Assembly: GCA_965202585.1 (NCBI GenBank)
Contig: OZ241834.1
Coordinates: forward strand, 744,001 to 808,000
Direction of reading: 5' to 3'
DNA: 64,000 nt
Source of the DNA: Thalia democratica
Taxonomy: Eukaryota
Shown: positions 14,991-26,892 of the stretch, piece by piece
Position numbering within the stretch: position 1 is the stretch's first letter
Layout of the letters: the number at the start of each line of letters is the position of its first letter
The notes under the pieces: generated by a model
What the model was told of the DNA's origin: nothing
What the model saw: only the letters and a program-made list of their open reading frames with translations
Databases searched by the model: none
Made by a program: the position numbers and the translations under genes

Positions 14991-15529
14991 TGAGTAAATG
15001 AAGAGCATTGTATAAGAAAGATAAACGCAGTTAAGAAAATGCTCGAGGAAAGTTCGATCTTCTACCTACTAACAGAACTTTGACGTATTTTATTTAGAAT
15101 TTTACTAAAATTTAATTTTAATATCACTAAAAATATTTTATTTTTTTTTCACTAAAGCAAGTAAAGAAATCAGGTTTAAAAGGAAAAAAACGGTAGAAAA
15201 TATTTTTATTTAACTCATTACTGCTCATATTAGCTATGAAGAGTCTACCATGGGCACCACACCGTTTCCCTCCTAAGATTCCGATCATTGTTCACATTTT
15301 TCTTGTTGCCCTCTCTACGAGAACAAACAAGAAAAATACAATGAAAATATTCAATGTGAGCAAGTAAACTACAATAATAAATATATTACTAAGTGTCTTT
15401 TTACTTTTTCTTTCATTCTATCTACTTTTTTCCTCTAAACAAAAACGAATTAAATAAAATTAAGTAATATATATGTGTAAAGCTAAAAAAAATAAAACTA
15501 AACCAATATTAACAAGTAAAAAAAATGCA

Positions 15530-17525
15530 CTTTATTTGAACAAAATAAATTCGAGTATTAATTGAAACGGTTTCTCTGAGATGATTAGTAGTATCAAGTT
15601 GAGATTAAATTGACTGACTTAGTTTGAGTTTGTTAAATTACTAAAAGTAAAGTAGAATGTTTGAATTAGAGTGTTCGTTGAAGCAGCCGGTAGACTGAGA
15701 TAGATTGAGCCTGTACCTTTGCCTTTTTTTTTTTTGAGTTTTGTAATGTTACGTTTGGGATGTATGTTTATTGGTGAGTTATTGGGGTGTGAGTTTCTTG
15801 TTTTTCAATAACTCTGCGTCATGTAGTTTTTTCCAGCTTCGAAATATGGAGTGTGACTTATAGATAGTCTCCATGGAAATGGCTTCCAAAAAGGATTTAT
15901 CAAACCCCATCTTTAGCATCATTCTAAGGCTCTTTGGGGACCAAGCGCCTGTCCAGTCTAACGCAGCTCCCATAAAATATACATCAGTCGGAATAATGTA
16001 GTTTTTTCCTATCCCCTTGTTTACAAGTTCAGTTTATATATTTGTCAACTTTTTTGTCGTGAGCTTTGTCAAGGTCTTTGTTAATGGAGATAATAGTGGG
16101 GTCCATGACGATGGTTTTCGGTAGTGAGTTGATTATTCGTGTGTTAGGGAACTGAAAAACAATGTCCGGTTTCTTGGATTGGTTATCTGTTGAATAGATT
16201 GTCGGCTCCAACTTGATGTTAGTGACGTTTTTCATCCGGTGGAGTTTAATTGCAATTTTCGTGCAGTTGTCGTTGTGTCTAACTGTTCTGAGTGACTTTG
16301 ATTTTGGGCATTCTGCGAATGTGGTGAAGTTTGCAATTTTGTTTTTGCAGAATGCGCATACTTTTGTTTGTGGGTTGTCGCTTTTTCTGTTTGTTCTAGC
16401 GGGGGTTTCTAGAAGATTAGCACGGGTCCTAATTAAAGTTTGGTAATGAAAAGGCTTCATCCAATTTGGTGGGTTAAGAATCTATTTGCATTTGTATTCT
16501 GGACACTTCCAGTGATTTTGAAAATTTTTCCCTTCAATCATTTTGAGAAATTCTTTTTTTTTCGTCGAGCTTGAGATAATTTGGTTGTTTTTTTTAGTTC
16601 CTCGACTTGTGTGTCTCCGTCGTACGGGTTGACATCCGTACGACATCTTTGTTGACATCTTTGATCCTAAAGTCGAGTCTGCGACCGCAGATGGTGTCAT
16701 GCGTGTTTGAAATGCTTAAATCTCCTTTTGCGACATAACCATTGATTAGGATGTTGGGACAGTCGTGCGGCAGGCGAAGCCATTTCCGCACGTATTTGTT
16801 AAAGAGGCGGTCAAAACTTCCCATCACGTTTTTTCTGGCGTGAAGTCGAGGTGGTGACGCATTTTTGCGGTGAGGATCTCCCTGATACCTTTTTGTTGTC
16901 ATTTCAGCGGGCATCTTCCCTTATGACTTTTTGTTGTGACCTCAACAGGCACCGCTTGATTTTTTAGAGTTTACTCTCCATGTCTTCTAGGCTGATTGAG
17001 GAAATTTTATCTCCTGCCGTGTTGGTTATGGCACCGAGATATTTGTATTCAGACATGCATTCTATCTGAGGGATTTCGATGCCGTTGCTGGTCCTGCCGT
17101 GGTGTCGATGCTTCTTGGAAAGACGCTCTTTTCTGTGTTTATTTCTAGACCTAGACTACGTAATTTTTTTGCGAGGATTTTGAGTTTTTTGGTTGACTTG
17201 TGAGTCGTTATTGGCAAAAATTACTAGGTCGTCTGCGAACGCAATATGGCCGATTATGGTCTTTCCAAAGGGAACTTCTCCTTGATTTCTGATGGAGTGC
17301 AGGGCCTCGTCTAGCACCAGTTGAACAGGAGTGGGGAGAGGCGATTTCCTTGAAGAACTCCTTTTTGCAGTTTGATAAGTTCTCCGTTTTGGAGCTCTGC
17401 CTTATTTCCAGTGTGTAGGTCTGTAATAAGAATTTAGTGTTTTTCTTGGGAAACCTATTTTAGCTAAGATTTTAATCAGCTCTTGGTGTCGAATGCTGTA
17501 AAAGGCTGTTGAAGAAAGCGAAGGT
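15530..17525 (-). mobile_element. 5'-truncated, frameshifted R2-like non-LTR retrotransposon (RT plus restriction-like endonuclease)
   Basis: Minus-strand translation across frameshifts gives the RT motifs AFYSIRHQELIKIL, KGVLQGNRLSPLLFN (~17,330-17,365), HIAFADDLV (~17,225-17,250) and EYKYLG. These are followed by a degenerate CCHC knuckle (CAFCKNK...EC), RHND, KKPDIVF, IVMDPT, KKVDKY and LDWTGAWSPKS, the motif order of R2-type RLE elements. Stop at 15,779, then a 3' UTR with AATAAA near 15,531. Confidence 0.88.
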
Positions 17526-17539
17526 TACTTCAAAAACAA

Positions 17540-18680
17540 AATTGGAAGAAAATGAGATATCCTTACAAATTAGGATTAAATTCAAATTTTTAAATTTACA
17601 ATGGATATATGAAAATATTTCTTATAAACCATAGATTTGTAAGAAAATTTATAAATACAACATCGAAAGTAGCAGAATAAAATTAATTGTAGTTTCAAAG
17701 GAAATATATATATTTCAATATATATAAAAAAGTATACTGTTGTTTTACCACCTATACAATTAAAAAAATATTTTATTATGTTATAGCCGTTACTGAGTTT
17801 TTAATAACTTTATATGATTAAGTCGTCACAACCAAAAGTATATTAATAAAAGCCTGAAAAACAGGTTGTTATCCAGTTTGAAATACGTTGCATCGTATTA
17901 CTTTCAACAATTTTAGTTACAAAATTAAATCCTTATTTAGTAACAAATAGACAACATAATACTTTATAGCTTACTTTGTACAACTTATAAGCTAATCTTT
18001 ATAAAAGCATAACATTAATTAAAAGTTTTCTTTAAGCAGAATCAAAAAAACAAATTTATAGTTTATGGTTTATTTTAACTCTATTGTGTCCCTAAAACCC
18101 AACTTCCTATTAGACAGTCCGAAACCGAATCTCGGCTATCACATAGATATATACATGATAAACTAGATAGAAATATTAGAGTGAAGTACAACAAAATGAA
18201 TGAGTCGCGACGATCAAACACCCCATCATATTTGATTGTACTTAAGTGATTTTAATTACTTTAGATTAACTTTATTATATTTATTAGCTGTAAACTGGCT
18301 TCGAACTAAAACTACAAGAGAACCTAATTTTAAACCAGAAACTATTTGCGAGCTGCCTGAATTTTTTTTAATTTTTCCTGACTTTTCCTGATTTCCTGAT
18401 TTTTCTCGACCATGTGGCAACCCTGCTTAAGTGATTTTAATTATTTTAGATTAACTTTTAATAGCTGTAACTTGGCTTCGAACTGTTTGTGTTTTTTAGC
18501 TTTTAAAAAATTTTTACTTAATTTTAAATCATATAAAAACACAGCTTATAAGCGTTAAATAGTGATCAAGTAAGTATTTTGTTTACTAACAAATATTGAT
18601 TTTAATTTAGTATTAAAATGAAATTACGGTGTTATGTATTTTAAACTGGATTAAAGCTTTGGTAGTGACATTCTGTTTAT
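17540..18680. repeat. Diverged duplicated segment, homologous to ~33,040-33,446 plus ~35,229-36,120
   Basis: Colinear shared blocks, e.g. GTCACAACCAAAAGTA...GTTGTTATCCAGTTTGAAATAC.TTGCATCGTATTACTTTCAACAATTTTAG at ~17,825 and ~35,232. The second copy is split by an hAT insertion. Confidence 0.8.
18060..18356 (-). mobile_element. tRNA-derived SINE-like element, copy 1
   Basis: Minus strand starts GCAGCTCGCAAATAGTTTCTGGTTTAAA...AGTTCGAAGCCAG (A/B-box-like), then an AT linker and the conserved core ATGATGGGGTGTTTGATCGTCGCGACTCATTCATTTTGTTGTACTTCACTCTAATAT. Homologous to copies at ~35,500-35,812 and ~48,456-48,770. Confidence 0.6.
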
Positions 18681-19652
18681 TAGATTTTTTTGTTAAAAAA
18701 TAAACATCTGATCAATAAAAAAATAAAATATTAACATCATTTGCAACTAACTACTCATTAGGTTTATTCACAGTTCTAAAATTTTTAAGAAACCACAGTT
18801 AAATACATATAAAATCGTTTTTCTTCTTAATTTATTTAATAAATCTTTTTAAAATTAATCTTAAGGAATAAGTTAGTAATTTTATTACAATAAACAAATT
18901 AAAATTAGGTTTACAGTATTGAAAACTAATATACTATGGTTGAAAAATAATTTAAAAATTTAATTTCCATGGAATAAACATTTACGAACTTTTTAGTACT
19001 TTCTAGGTAAACCTGTCACTTTAATGTTTTTACTTTATAATTTTGTTTTTTAGTATTAAAGGTAGCGTATGTCTTACTTATATTACTTACAATCGTTGTA
19101 AAATAGTTTTACAGCTATATTATTGTCAACTCAGATAAAATAATTAATTGATGAAGTATAGGTTGGCAATATAGTGGAAAAAAAAGGCTTGGACTTTCTA
19201 GTTAAGAAATAAAGGTTTTTTATATTTACAAGAATGTAAATAGCCTTGCGCTATAACATCATGAAAACCAATTAGTTTTGCTTACAATTTTCAGATAGTC
19301 TCTTGAACTAAGCTGAAAAAACAACATAAGAAAAAAAAAATTATTTAGAAACGTACTGAGCAAAACTTAAATTATTTTTTTACAAACAAGCATATTTTTT
19401 TTAATGATATCAGTAAACAATTTAACAAATTAAAGAAGCATATGAATCAGTGTACAAGATTCGTTGAGAAGAAATAAGATTGTAATGTTTGTTATAAAGC
19501 TTGTTTTGTTTTGAAAAAATGTGGATTTGAAAGTGTATTTAATATATTTCAAATATTTGAAGAAATTGAATTACTGAAATTTCAGTGATACAAGTATGTA
19601 AAAAAGAAAAAAATATTAATAACCTCCTGACATTGATACCAAACATTGTCTT

Positions 19653-20460
19653 TTAGTATGAGCGTGAGGTCTGAACTGCTTGAGCCTTTACGGTAGGTGC
19701 TCGACGTCTAGAAACTGGTCAATCTTTTTTTGTCAAAATCAGCAGCAAAAAATTTATAGTTTAAAAAAGAAAATTTTGCCAACAAATTTATTACAATTCA
19801 CACGTGGCGTTCATCTCGATCGTGTTGCCGTTTTGACACTCGCGCTCAACACTGTTGCGGTTTCCGGAACTGTTGCGCAAGATGCCGAGTCCTCATTGAT
19901 CATCTCGGACAAGCCTGAGTAAGTTGGAGGATTAATATATGTTGAAATAATTCCTGAAAAAAAATGTTTTTTCTTGCTTAGACATTTTTAGCACAATGGA
20001 AATAATTTTTCATTAGTAATGATTTTTAAATTACAAACACATTACTCCCCAAGCTGGAAGTCGCTAGTCTGTTCGTCGTTGCAGATTCGCTTTTTCTTTC
20101 TGATGTCCAATCATTTCGAGCAAAAGCTCTATTAGGCCCACGAGTATTTCACTGGATAGTCGGGCTGAGATAAAAAAATTCTCATTTAAGTTAGTCTGTC
20201 AAAACTATTGTTTTTAAGAGAAGTTAATTATAAAACAATAGAAGAACAAGTAAGTTATTAAAGCTCTTTTATTGATAAAAACTTTTTTTAAGTAAGTAAA
20301 TAGTTATAAAAGAAAAAAATGTTTATTCAAGCTCATTTATTAACATTATTTCTATTTTTTCTCAGAAATAAATATTTTCAGTCAACTCAATGCGAGCACA
20401 CATGTGGCGATCTCGTACGCGTTGTCCTGGTAACCGTCGTCGCCGATGTTCATGTAATCC
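19653..20460 (-). pseudogene. Chain of four GC-rich exon-like blocks, product unknown, probably decayed
   Basis: Blocks at ~20,460-20,385, 20,164-20,046, 19,953-19,804 and 19,707-19,653 are each preceded by a pyrimidine-rich AG, and two end in GT donors. Translations include DYMNIGDDGYQDNAYEIATCVLAL and ...NGNTIEMNAT|RRAPTVKAQAVQTSRSY*. In-frame stops are present and the family is not recognised. Confidence 0.45.
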
Positions 20461-20835
20461 CTAGTGTTGCAATTTTAGTCTGAATTTAAAGATTTTTTTT
20501 TTCACCATTTTAAGTCTTAGAAAAAAGAAATCAACTAGAACTGACAAATACTGAATTTAGCAGTTAAATTTAAAAAAAATCATTTTTTGTCATTTTCAAA
20601 AATAAACGACTTAGCCTGATTTAGCCAAACTTAGCCTGCAACACTGTTATAAAAATTGACTTTAGGCTGAAACTTGGTAACTAAATTTTTAAGTAAGTTA
20701 TTTTGAAAGTATGAACCAACCTCGAACCGTCTGGACACGTTACCTGTTTTGTTTGAATATTTTACTGAATTTATCTAGTCATCTTGTAGTATTTAATATT
20801 CAATTAATTATTTATAGTTTATTACTATAAACTAG

Positions 20836-21052
20836 AAATGTTACGCCCAGCAGCATTTAACAAACCCAATAAAAACTTGAAATAAAATCAAGTTAGGATT
20901 TAATGCTCTGTAGACGAGAGTATAACTTTGTAAAAAAATGCTAAAAAACAAAGTTATACAGTTGATTAATTTTGGACAGTTTCATTAGCACAAAAGTATA
21001 TACGTAGCTGGTTGGGAGCCAACCACTTACTTGTACTAGTCACCATGTCCAT
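20836..21052 (-). ncRNA. Putative intronic H/ACA-type RNA, type b, copy 1
   Basis: Ends in ACATTT. Has a GGACA/TGTCC 5' stem followed by an ANANNA (AAATTA) H box, a TAACTTTGT/ACAAAGTTA middle hairpin, and a long 3' hairpin CGTCTACAGAGCATT...AATGCTGCTGGGCG. Lies in the intron upstream of the UBX exon. Confidence 0.7.
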
Positions 21053-21351
21053 TTGCCATACAACAAAATTTTAATATGCTTATATACGAACTTAAAATTC
21101 TAAATATGTCTATTGTCTTTATAAGACTGAGGAAGTGAGATTGTTCATAACTACTTTGGATACTTTCGAATGCACAGAATATATGCGCGATTGGTGACTA
21201 GCCAACCACTTACTTGTTCCTTTCCGAAGTTACAAATTTAAATGTGCTTAAGAATCATTTTTGCTAAATACGTATCAAACTAGCTATATTCACTTTTCTA
21301 CTAAAAAAGTTAAGTAGATTTTCAACATCACATATTACAGTGTATTTAAAC

Positions 21352-23026
21352 TAGTGATGTACCGGACTTACTATCCGGGTCCGGCCGGATATTGCCATTT
21401 TTGTCTGATATCCGGATCCGGCCGGACTCTAATTTTAAAAAAAAGTCCGGATCCGGTTCCGGCCGGATTCTAATTAGAAAAAAAAGTCCGGATCCGGGTC
21501 CGGCCGGATCCTAACAGAAATCCGGCCGGACCCGGACCTAGTTAGTAAAAAAGAGCATACTGAAAAGTATTTTTTCAAAAACAAACCCTGTGTAAATTAA
21601 TAAGAGTCATTTTCGTCAGTTAAAATTAAACACTTACTGTGATTGGCTCATTTTGTACACGTGACTAATTTACATTTGTTTACATTTAAACTATGAAATA
21701 AAGATTTCAGAAATGCAACTCTTTACATATGTTGTAAAATTGAAAACTTTGGAATGAATACTTGCATTATTTATTGTTTAAAGTTGAGTTCAGAGAATAT
21801 TTAGAGTTAATACGGTTGAATGTACGAGCCAATGAGAATCATATGACGAAATGTTTCAAACTAAATACTGATGCAACAAGACATCAGAACATGACAGGCA
21901 GTTTATATGTAAGCAGTTAGTTAGTTTGGTGTGCAGCTTGAAGCAACAAAATATCTTGAACTTTTTTGATAATGCTTATTGTAAGTAGTGTTTTGTTTTA
22001 AAAGTGAATATTTCAACTGGTATTTAATTGTTTAAATATCTAAGCCAGGTTTATAGTTTAATAGTTTATAAAAATTTTACAGTTTCTTCTTTACTAAAAG
22101 TTTTATTTAATTTTTAGTTTATTGTTTTAAGTCTTTTGATATAGATATAAATAGCTTCCAGTTTTTAAAGTGTTACCAAAGTAATTAATAATTTTGTATA
22201 TGCTAGTATTTCTTGTTGTGTTTTATAAAAACAATTCATCACTCAAAACTGTCGTGTCTGATTATAGAAAGTAGTCTCAGTTAGAATTTAGTATTTGTAA
22301 GATATTAATTAAATAAGGTAGGATTTAATTATGATGGGTAGTACTAATAAGTTAAGTGTACCACAATCAGTCCACAACTTTACTACCAAATTGTCAACCT
22401 TTGCTAGCTGTTCTACTGATTATTAGATTAAAGTAATTTTTTCATTTTTTAAAAACCTCATTTTGACTCAGGCTTGTTTATACTCACTCTAGTTAGTTTT
22501 ATTGACTTAAACAGTGGCAACCCTGCTAGTTTCAAAGTTATTGGGAATTTTAGAAAATCTTGGACTGCCTCAGCCTAGTTTAGTTTTTTATAAAAACTTA
22601 GGCTAGTTTTCTTTCAAATTTTGAATGAGTTTAAGCTGATCCAGTTTTTAATATTTGGTAATTTTCTAGTGTATTTTGTTCAAGAACTAGATTTCAGATT
22701 TTTAATTGTAAATAACACCTAAATTTGTAAACCTTGTGGCTAGCTGTTCTACTTATTATTAGATTAAATTTCTTTTTTTTTCAGTTTTTGAAAACCTCAT
22801 TCTGACTCAGGCTAGTTTATACTAGTGATGTACCGGACTCACTATCCGGGTCCGGCCGAATATTGCCATTTTTGTCTGATATCCGGATCCGGCCGGATTC
22901 TAATTTGAAAAAAAAAGTCCGGATCCGGTTCCGGCCGGATTCAAATTTGAAAAAAAAGTCCGGGCCCGGTTCCGGCCGGATTCTAACTTGAAAAAAAAGT
23001 CCGGATCCGGGTCCGGTACATCACTA
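21352..23026. mobile_element. Non-autonomous hAT-like element (composite), copy 1
   Basis: TIR TAGTGATGTACCGGA...TCCGGTACATCACTA. Near-perfect 8-bp TSD ATTTAAAC/ATTTTAAC. Subterminal CCGGATCCGG repeats; a second left end starts at 22,823. Confidence 0.88.
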
Positions 23027-23628
23027 ATTTTAACATAAAATCAGTTAATCAATAACTAAATTATCTTTAATTACGTAATATATTCAAGGTAATAAAAACC
23101 CACGATTCTTAAGAATTACATTTTGACTATCAACTTTATACACAAAAAACTTACATTGTAACATTAGTGTATCTTATATCAGTATCTGTTCAAATTGGCT
23201 ATTTATATATAATATTTATTAACCAGTTACAAAATTTTAAAACTTGTTAGTTACTCAATAAATCATGCATAATTTTTCTATGTACAATAAGCCAACATTA
23301 CCGCAACAAACCTGTATCCTGGCTTCAGCAGCCGAAGGTTTAGCTTGAACTTGTTGGGTGGCTGAACTACTCGCGCTCACATCTTTTCTAGTGATTTCTT
23401 CTGTTGAGCAGCTCTCCTTTCCATCTGATCTTGTTTTATCTGTTGTCTAACCTTCTCTTTCGCCAGTTTGTCTGCTTGCTTCTCACGCTTCCTTTGTTCA
23501 ACTTGTTTCTGCATCTCTCGCATCTTCAAGCTGTTTGTTTGTATATTAATCCATTTAGAAATTTTACAAGTCACAATTTATATCATAAGAATATTTTTTA
23601 TATTTAAAAAATTTCAAACAAAAATTAG

Positions 23629-23842
23629 AAATGTTACGCCCAGCAGCACTTAACAAACCCAATAAAAACTTGAACATATAATATCAAGTTAGGATTTAAT
23701 GCTCTGTAGACGAGAGTATAACTTTGTAAGAAGGAGAAAAAACAAAGTTATACAGTTGATTAATTTCGGACAGTACAAGAAAGCACTAAAGCATAAACAT
23801 AGCAATTAAGCTATTTAGTCAGTACTTGCAGACTGTGTCCAT
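23629..23842 (-). ncRNA. Putative intronic H/ACA-type RNA, type a, copy 2
   Basis: Same three-hairpin layout, H box and terminal ACATTT as copy 1. Lies in the intron upstream of the coiled-coil exon of copy B. Confidence 0.7.
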
Positions 23843-24680
23843 TTAAAATAATTAAAAAACAATAATAAATATAAAATTTATCTTATACTTACTTATAATT
23901 CTACAGGATATGGAATTTGGTGATTTTAAAAGTTCATGGTTTGTAACGGTGCTGCGAGGGTCAGTTCTGTTAAAATATTGTAACATTAATATTTTATGTT
24001 AAAAAAAAATTATGTAAAAATAACTATTTACAATTATTCATATATGATGTAGTTTATCTCAAAAGCTAGTTTAAAACATTGATAGCTTTTTGACAAAAAA
24101 AAAACTTTTAGAGCACTATTAGTCAGTCCTGTTGAAGTTAAATGGTTTTATTAAAGTAAATAATTACTTTTATGAAGAATTTTATAATTAACAATTATTT
24201 TTTAACAACAAAACACATTTGTCAGCACTTTTTAGCTATAACTTTATTCGTTATTTAAACTGAGTAATTTAATGATGGCTTAAACTCAAAATTAAAGTTA
24301 ATAATTTTCTTCTCAAAAAAAGAGTTAAGAATTGAATCACAACTTTCCCACCATTACTAGTCACTTAAAGAAATATTTAAAACTTAACATAAACCAAACA
24401 AACCGAGATCTTTGAGTTGTTTTTCATAATCTTCCTCCACAAATGTCTTGCTGGGATACACAGAACGGAACCCGTACTGGAGAGTCGGATCATGATTGTC
24501 TTTTCTGTTCATCATTACAAACAATCTCACAGCTGAAAGTTGTTCTGTTGATTTGAAAGTTTGAACCAGCCTCGAACCGTCTGGACACGTTATCTGTTTT
24601 GATTCAAGTTTTACTGAATTAATCTATTTATCTTGTACTATTTAATTTTCAAGTAATTATTCGATATTACTATAATGCAG

Positions 24681-24886
24681 AAATGTTACGCCCAGCAGCA
24701 TTTAATAAATCCAATAAAAACTTGAACATATAATATCAAGTTAGGATTTAATGCTCTGTAGACGGAAGTATAACTTTGCCATGCACGAAACAAAGTTACC
24801 AGTTTATTAATTTTAGACAATCACGTTTAGCACAAAAGCATATGCGTAGCTGTAGCTACTTGCTTGCACTAGGGTACCATGTCCGT
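24681..24886 (-). ncRNA. Putative intronic H/ACA-type RNA, type b, copy 3
   Basis: Same layout and ACATTT end. The 5' hairpin is most similar to copy 1. Lies in the intron upstream of the UBX exon of copy A. Confidence 0.7.
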
Positions 24887-25100
24887 ACTAAAAAAAAATA
24901 CTAAGACTGTATAGAATTTCTAAATTAACAATATCTTTATTGTTTATATAAAGTTGTAGAACTTTAATATCGTTTAACATGATTAAATAATATAACGTTA
25001 GCTATTTCAAATATCAGACAAACTTAACTTACATCTTAAAATTACATATAATTTACTTAAAAATGTTCAGACTTAGTTTCAAATAGATTTTTAAATTAAG

Positions 25101-26892
25101 CAGGGTTGCCACTGATCAAGCTGAGAAAAATTTCCTGACTTTTTCAACACTTATTATTAAAATTTTCCTGACTTTTCTAAATCAAACACTTAATTTAAAC
25201 TTCTAATAAAATACATAATCTACATTTGAAACTATAAACAGATTTCAAACTAGTTTAAGTACAGGTTAAGGCCATAGGGGGGGGTAGGCCATGTTTTTTA
25301 CAAGTTGATCTTATTTTATAGAGTTTTTACTAAGCTTCAAGTTGCTTTCTACCGTTTTTAAAAATTCGAATTAGTTTTTGAGATATGACCGGCCAAAGTC
25401 GGGCCGCATAACAGGTTCCTTATGGGGAAGGAAAAACTAAAACGGCAAAAAAAGACTAATGCATTCAAAATCTATCTCCTCCTTCATTTTTTAAGCAATC
25501 TTCTTCAAACTTTCACAGTCTATTCTTTATACAATAACAAAAAAACTTTATTTGTAACTTTAAAAAATTTCAAGTAAAAATACCTTTTTTTTGAAAAAAA
25601 AAATTTTTTTTTGATAAAAAATCACTTTTTTTTTTTAATTTTTGTCATAAAATTTTTATTTTTTAAAATTATTAAAATTCACAAATAACGTTTTTTTCTC
25701 ATAATGTAAGGAACATTTCATGAAAATTTGAAGAAGATTGCTTGAAAAATGAAGGAGAAGATAGATTTTAAAGCCCGTTTTTAAAAACTCGAGAAAAATG
25801 GCTTTAAAGTTTTGGTAAACTTTATTTTTTTATATAAATATTTTTATATAACCGGTCATAAAAAAAAAGTTACTTAATATTTTTAAAATCTAAAAAAAGC
25901 ATCTGAAAGATTATGAAATTTACTATAATATAAGTCTATATGTTATTTTTGGTCAAAAAATGGCTTCTACCCCCCCTATGGCCTTAAAACAACAGTTTTT
26001 TTTTTGCTGTATTCAATTATAAAACTTTCATTACATCACTTGAACCATCTGTGTACTTACAATAAATAGCGCTACCAGAATACTTGTATTATTACCTTAT
26101 AAACACAGCTTGTCTGAAAAAAGACACTATTTTTTAACATTTCCCAAAATAAATGTATCTAAATAAAGGAAACGAAATATAAGAAACTTTTACAATTAAA
26201 ACATTAAAACAAAAACGAACTTTTACAATTAAAATCATAAAGAATTAAGAACTTAATCAAACACCGTTTTTTTATCAAAATTTTTTCATCTAATGAAGAT
26301 ATGGTTTCCTTCATCTGATCTACATCCCGCTACATTTTCTTGGCAGTTAAAACCATTTGCCTCATTTTATTTAAATCATTCTCATCTGCTGCCCCTACAG
26401 ATCTTTATAAAAGAATTTTTTTTTCTAAATTTAGCCACAATTTGTGGGCTTCATTCTTTTTTTTTGCACTCATTTATTTTTACCTCCAGTTTTGCTGCCT
26501 CAATTATTTAAATATACTTTTGTGTATATATCACAGTTTCACTATGGTAGTGTCCTTGCTACAGATCATCAATACTAAAAAGCTTACAAAAAGCTCAAGT
26601 AGGGTAGTTGTTCAATATGTTAATAGAAAAATTTTAAGTTTTATAAAGGATATTTTATTACTTTATACAAGATGAAGGCATTGGAATTCAAATAATTTTG
26701 TAAATTTCTAGAAATTTTTTACAATTTTAGTTGGCTTTTTAAATATTAAACTAATTTTTCACCATTTTAAGGCTTTGGAAAATAAAGAACTTTATAAGTT
26801 CAAACTAATAAAATATTTTTTTTGTCAAATTTCCTGACGTTTTGCAATTTTTTTAGTTTTTCCTGATTTTTCCTGACCTTGTAGCAACCCTG
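25101..26892. mobile_element. Non-autonomous DNA transposon with CAGGGTTGCCA termini and 6-bp TSD
   Basis: Left end CAGGGTTGCCA, right end TAGCAACCCTG, flanked on both sides by ATTAAG. TTTCCTGA subterminal repeats. A decayed coiled-coil reading frame on the minus strand (~26,500-26,270) resembles a transposase C-terminus. Confidence 0.75.
25270..25983. mobile_element. Kolobok-like MITE (TTAA TSD) nested in the 25,101-26,892 element
   Basis: TTAA|GGCCATAGGGGGGG...CCCCCCTATGGCC|TTAA, with an internal inverted repeat (~25,465-25,520 vs ~25,720-25,770). GG termini with a TTAA TSD fit Kolobok rather than piggyBac (CCC). Confidence 0.8.

Larger units (their letters stand above)
20702..23530 (-). 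pseudogene. UBXN1/SAKS1-like partial duplicate (copy B): coiled-coil exon 23,530-23,312 and truncated UBX exon 20,743-20,702
   Basis: LKMREMQKQVEQRKREKQADKLAKEKVRQQIKQDQMERRAAQQ, then a frameshift, then ...AKPSAAEARIQ|gtttgt. The next exon reads ag|VTCPDGSRLVHTFK and breaks off after 14 codons. Confidence 0.8.

Noticed and set aside
16213-16446. Plus-strand 77-aa hydrophobic ORF
   Set aside because: It is the antisense shadow of the R2-like endonuclease region.
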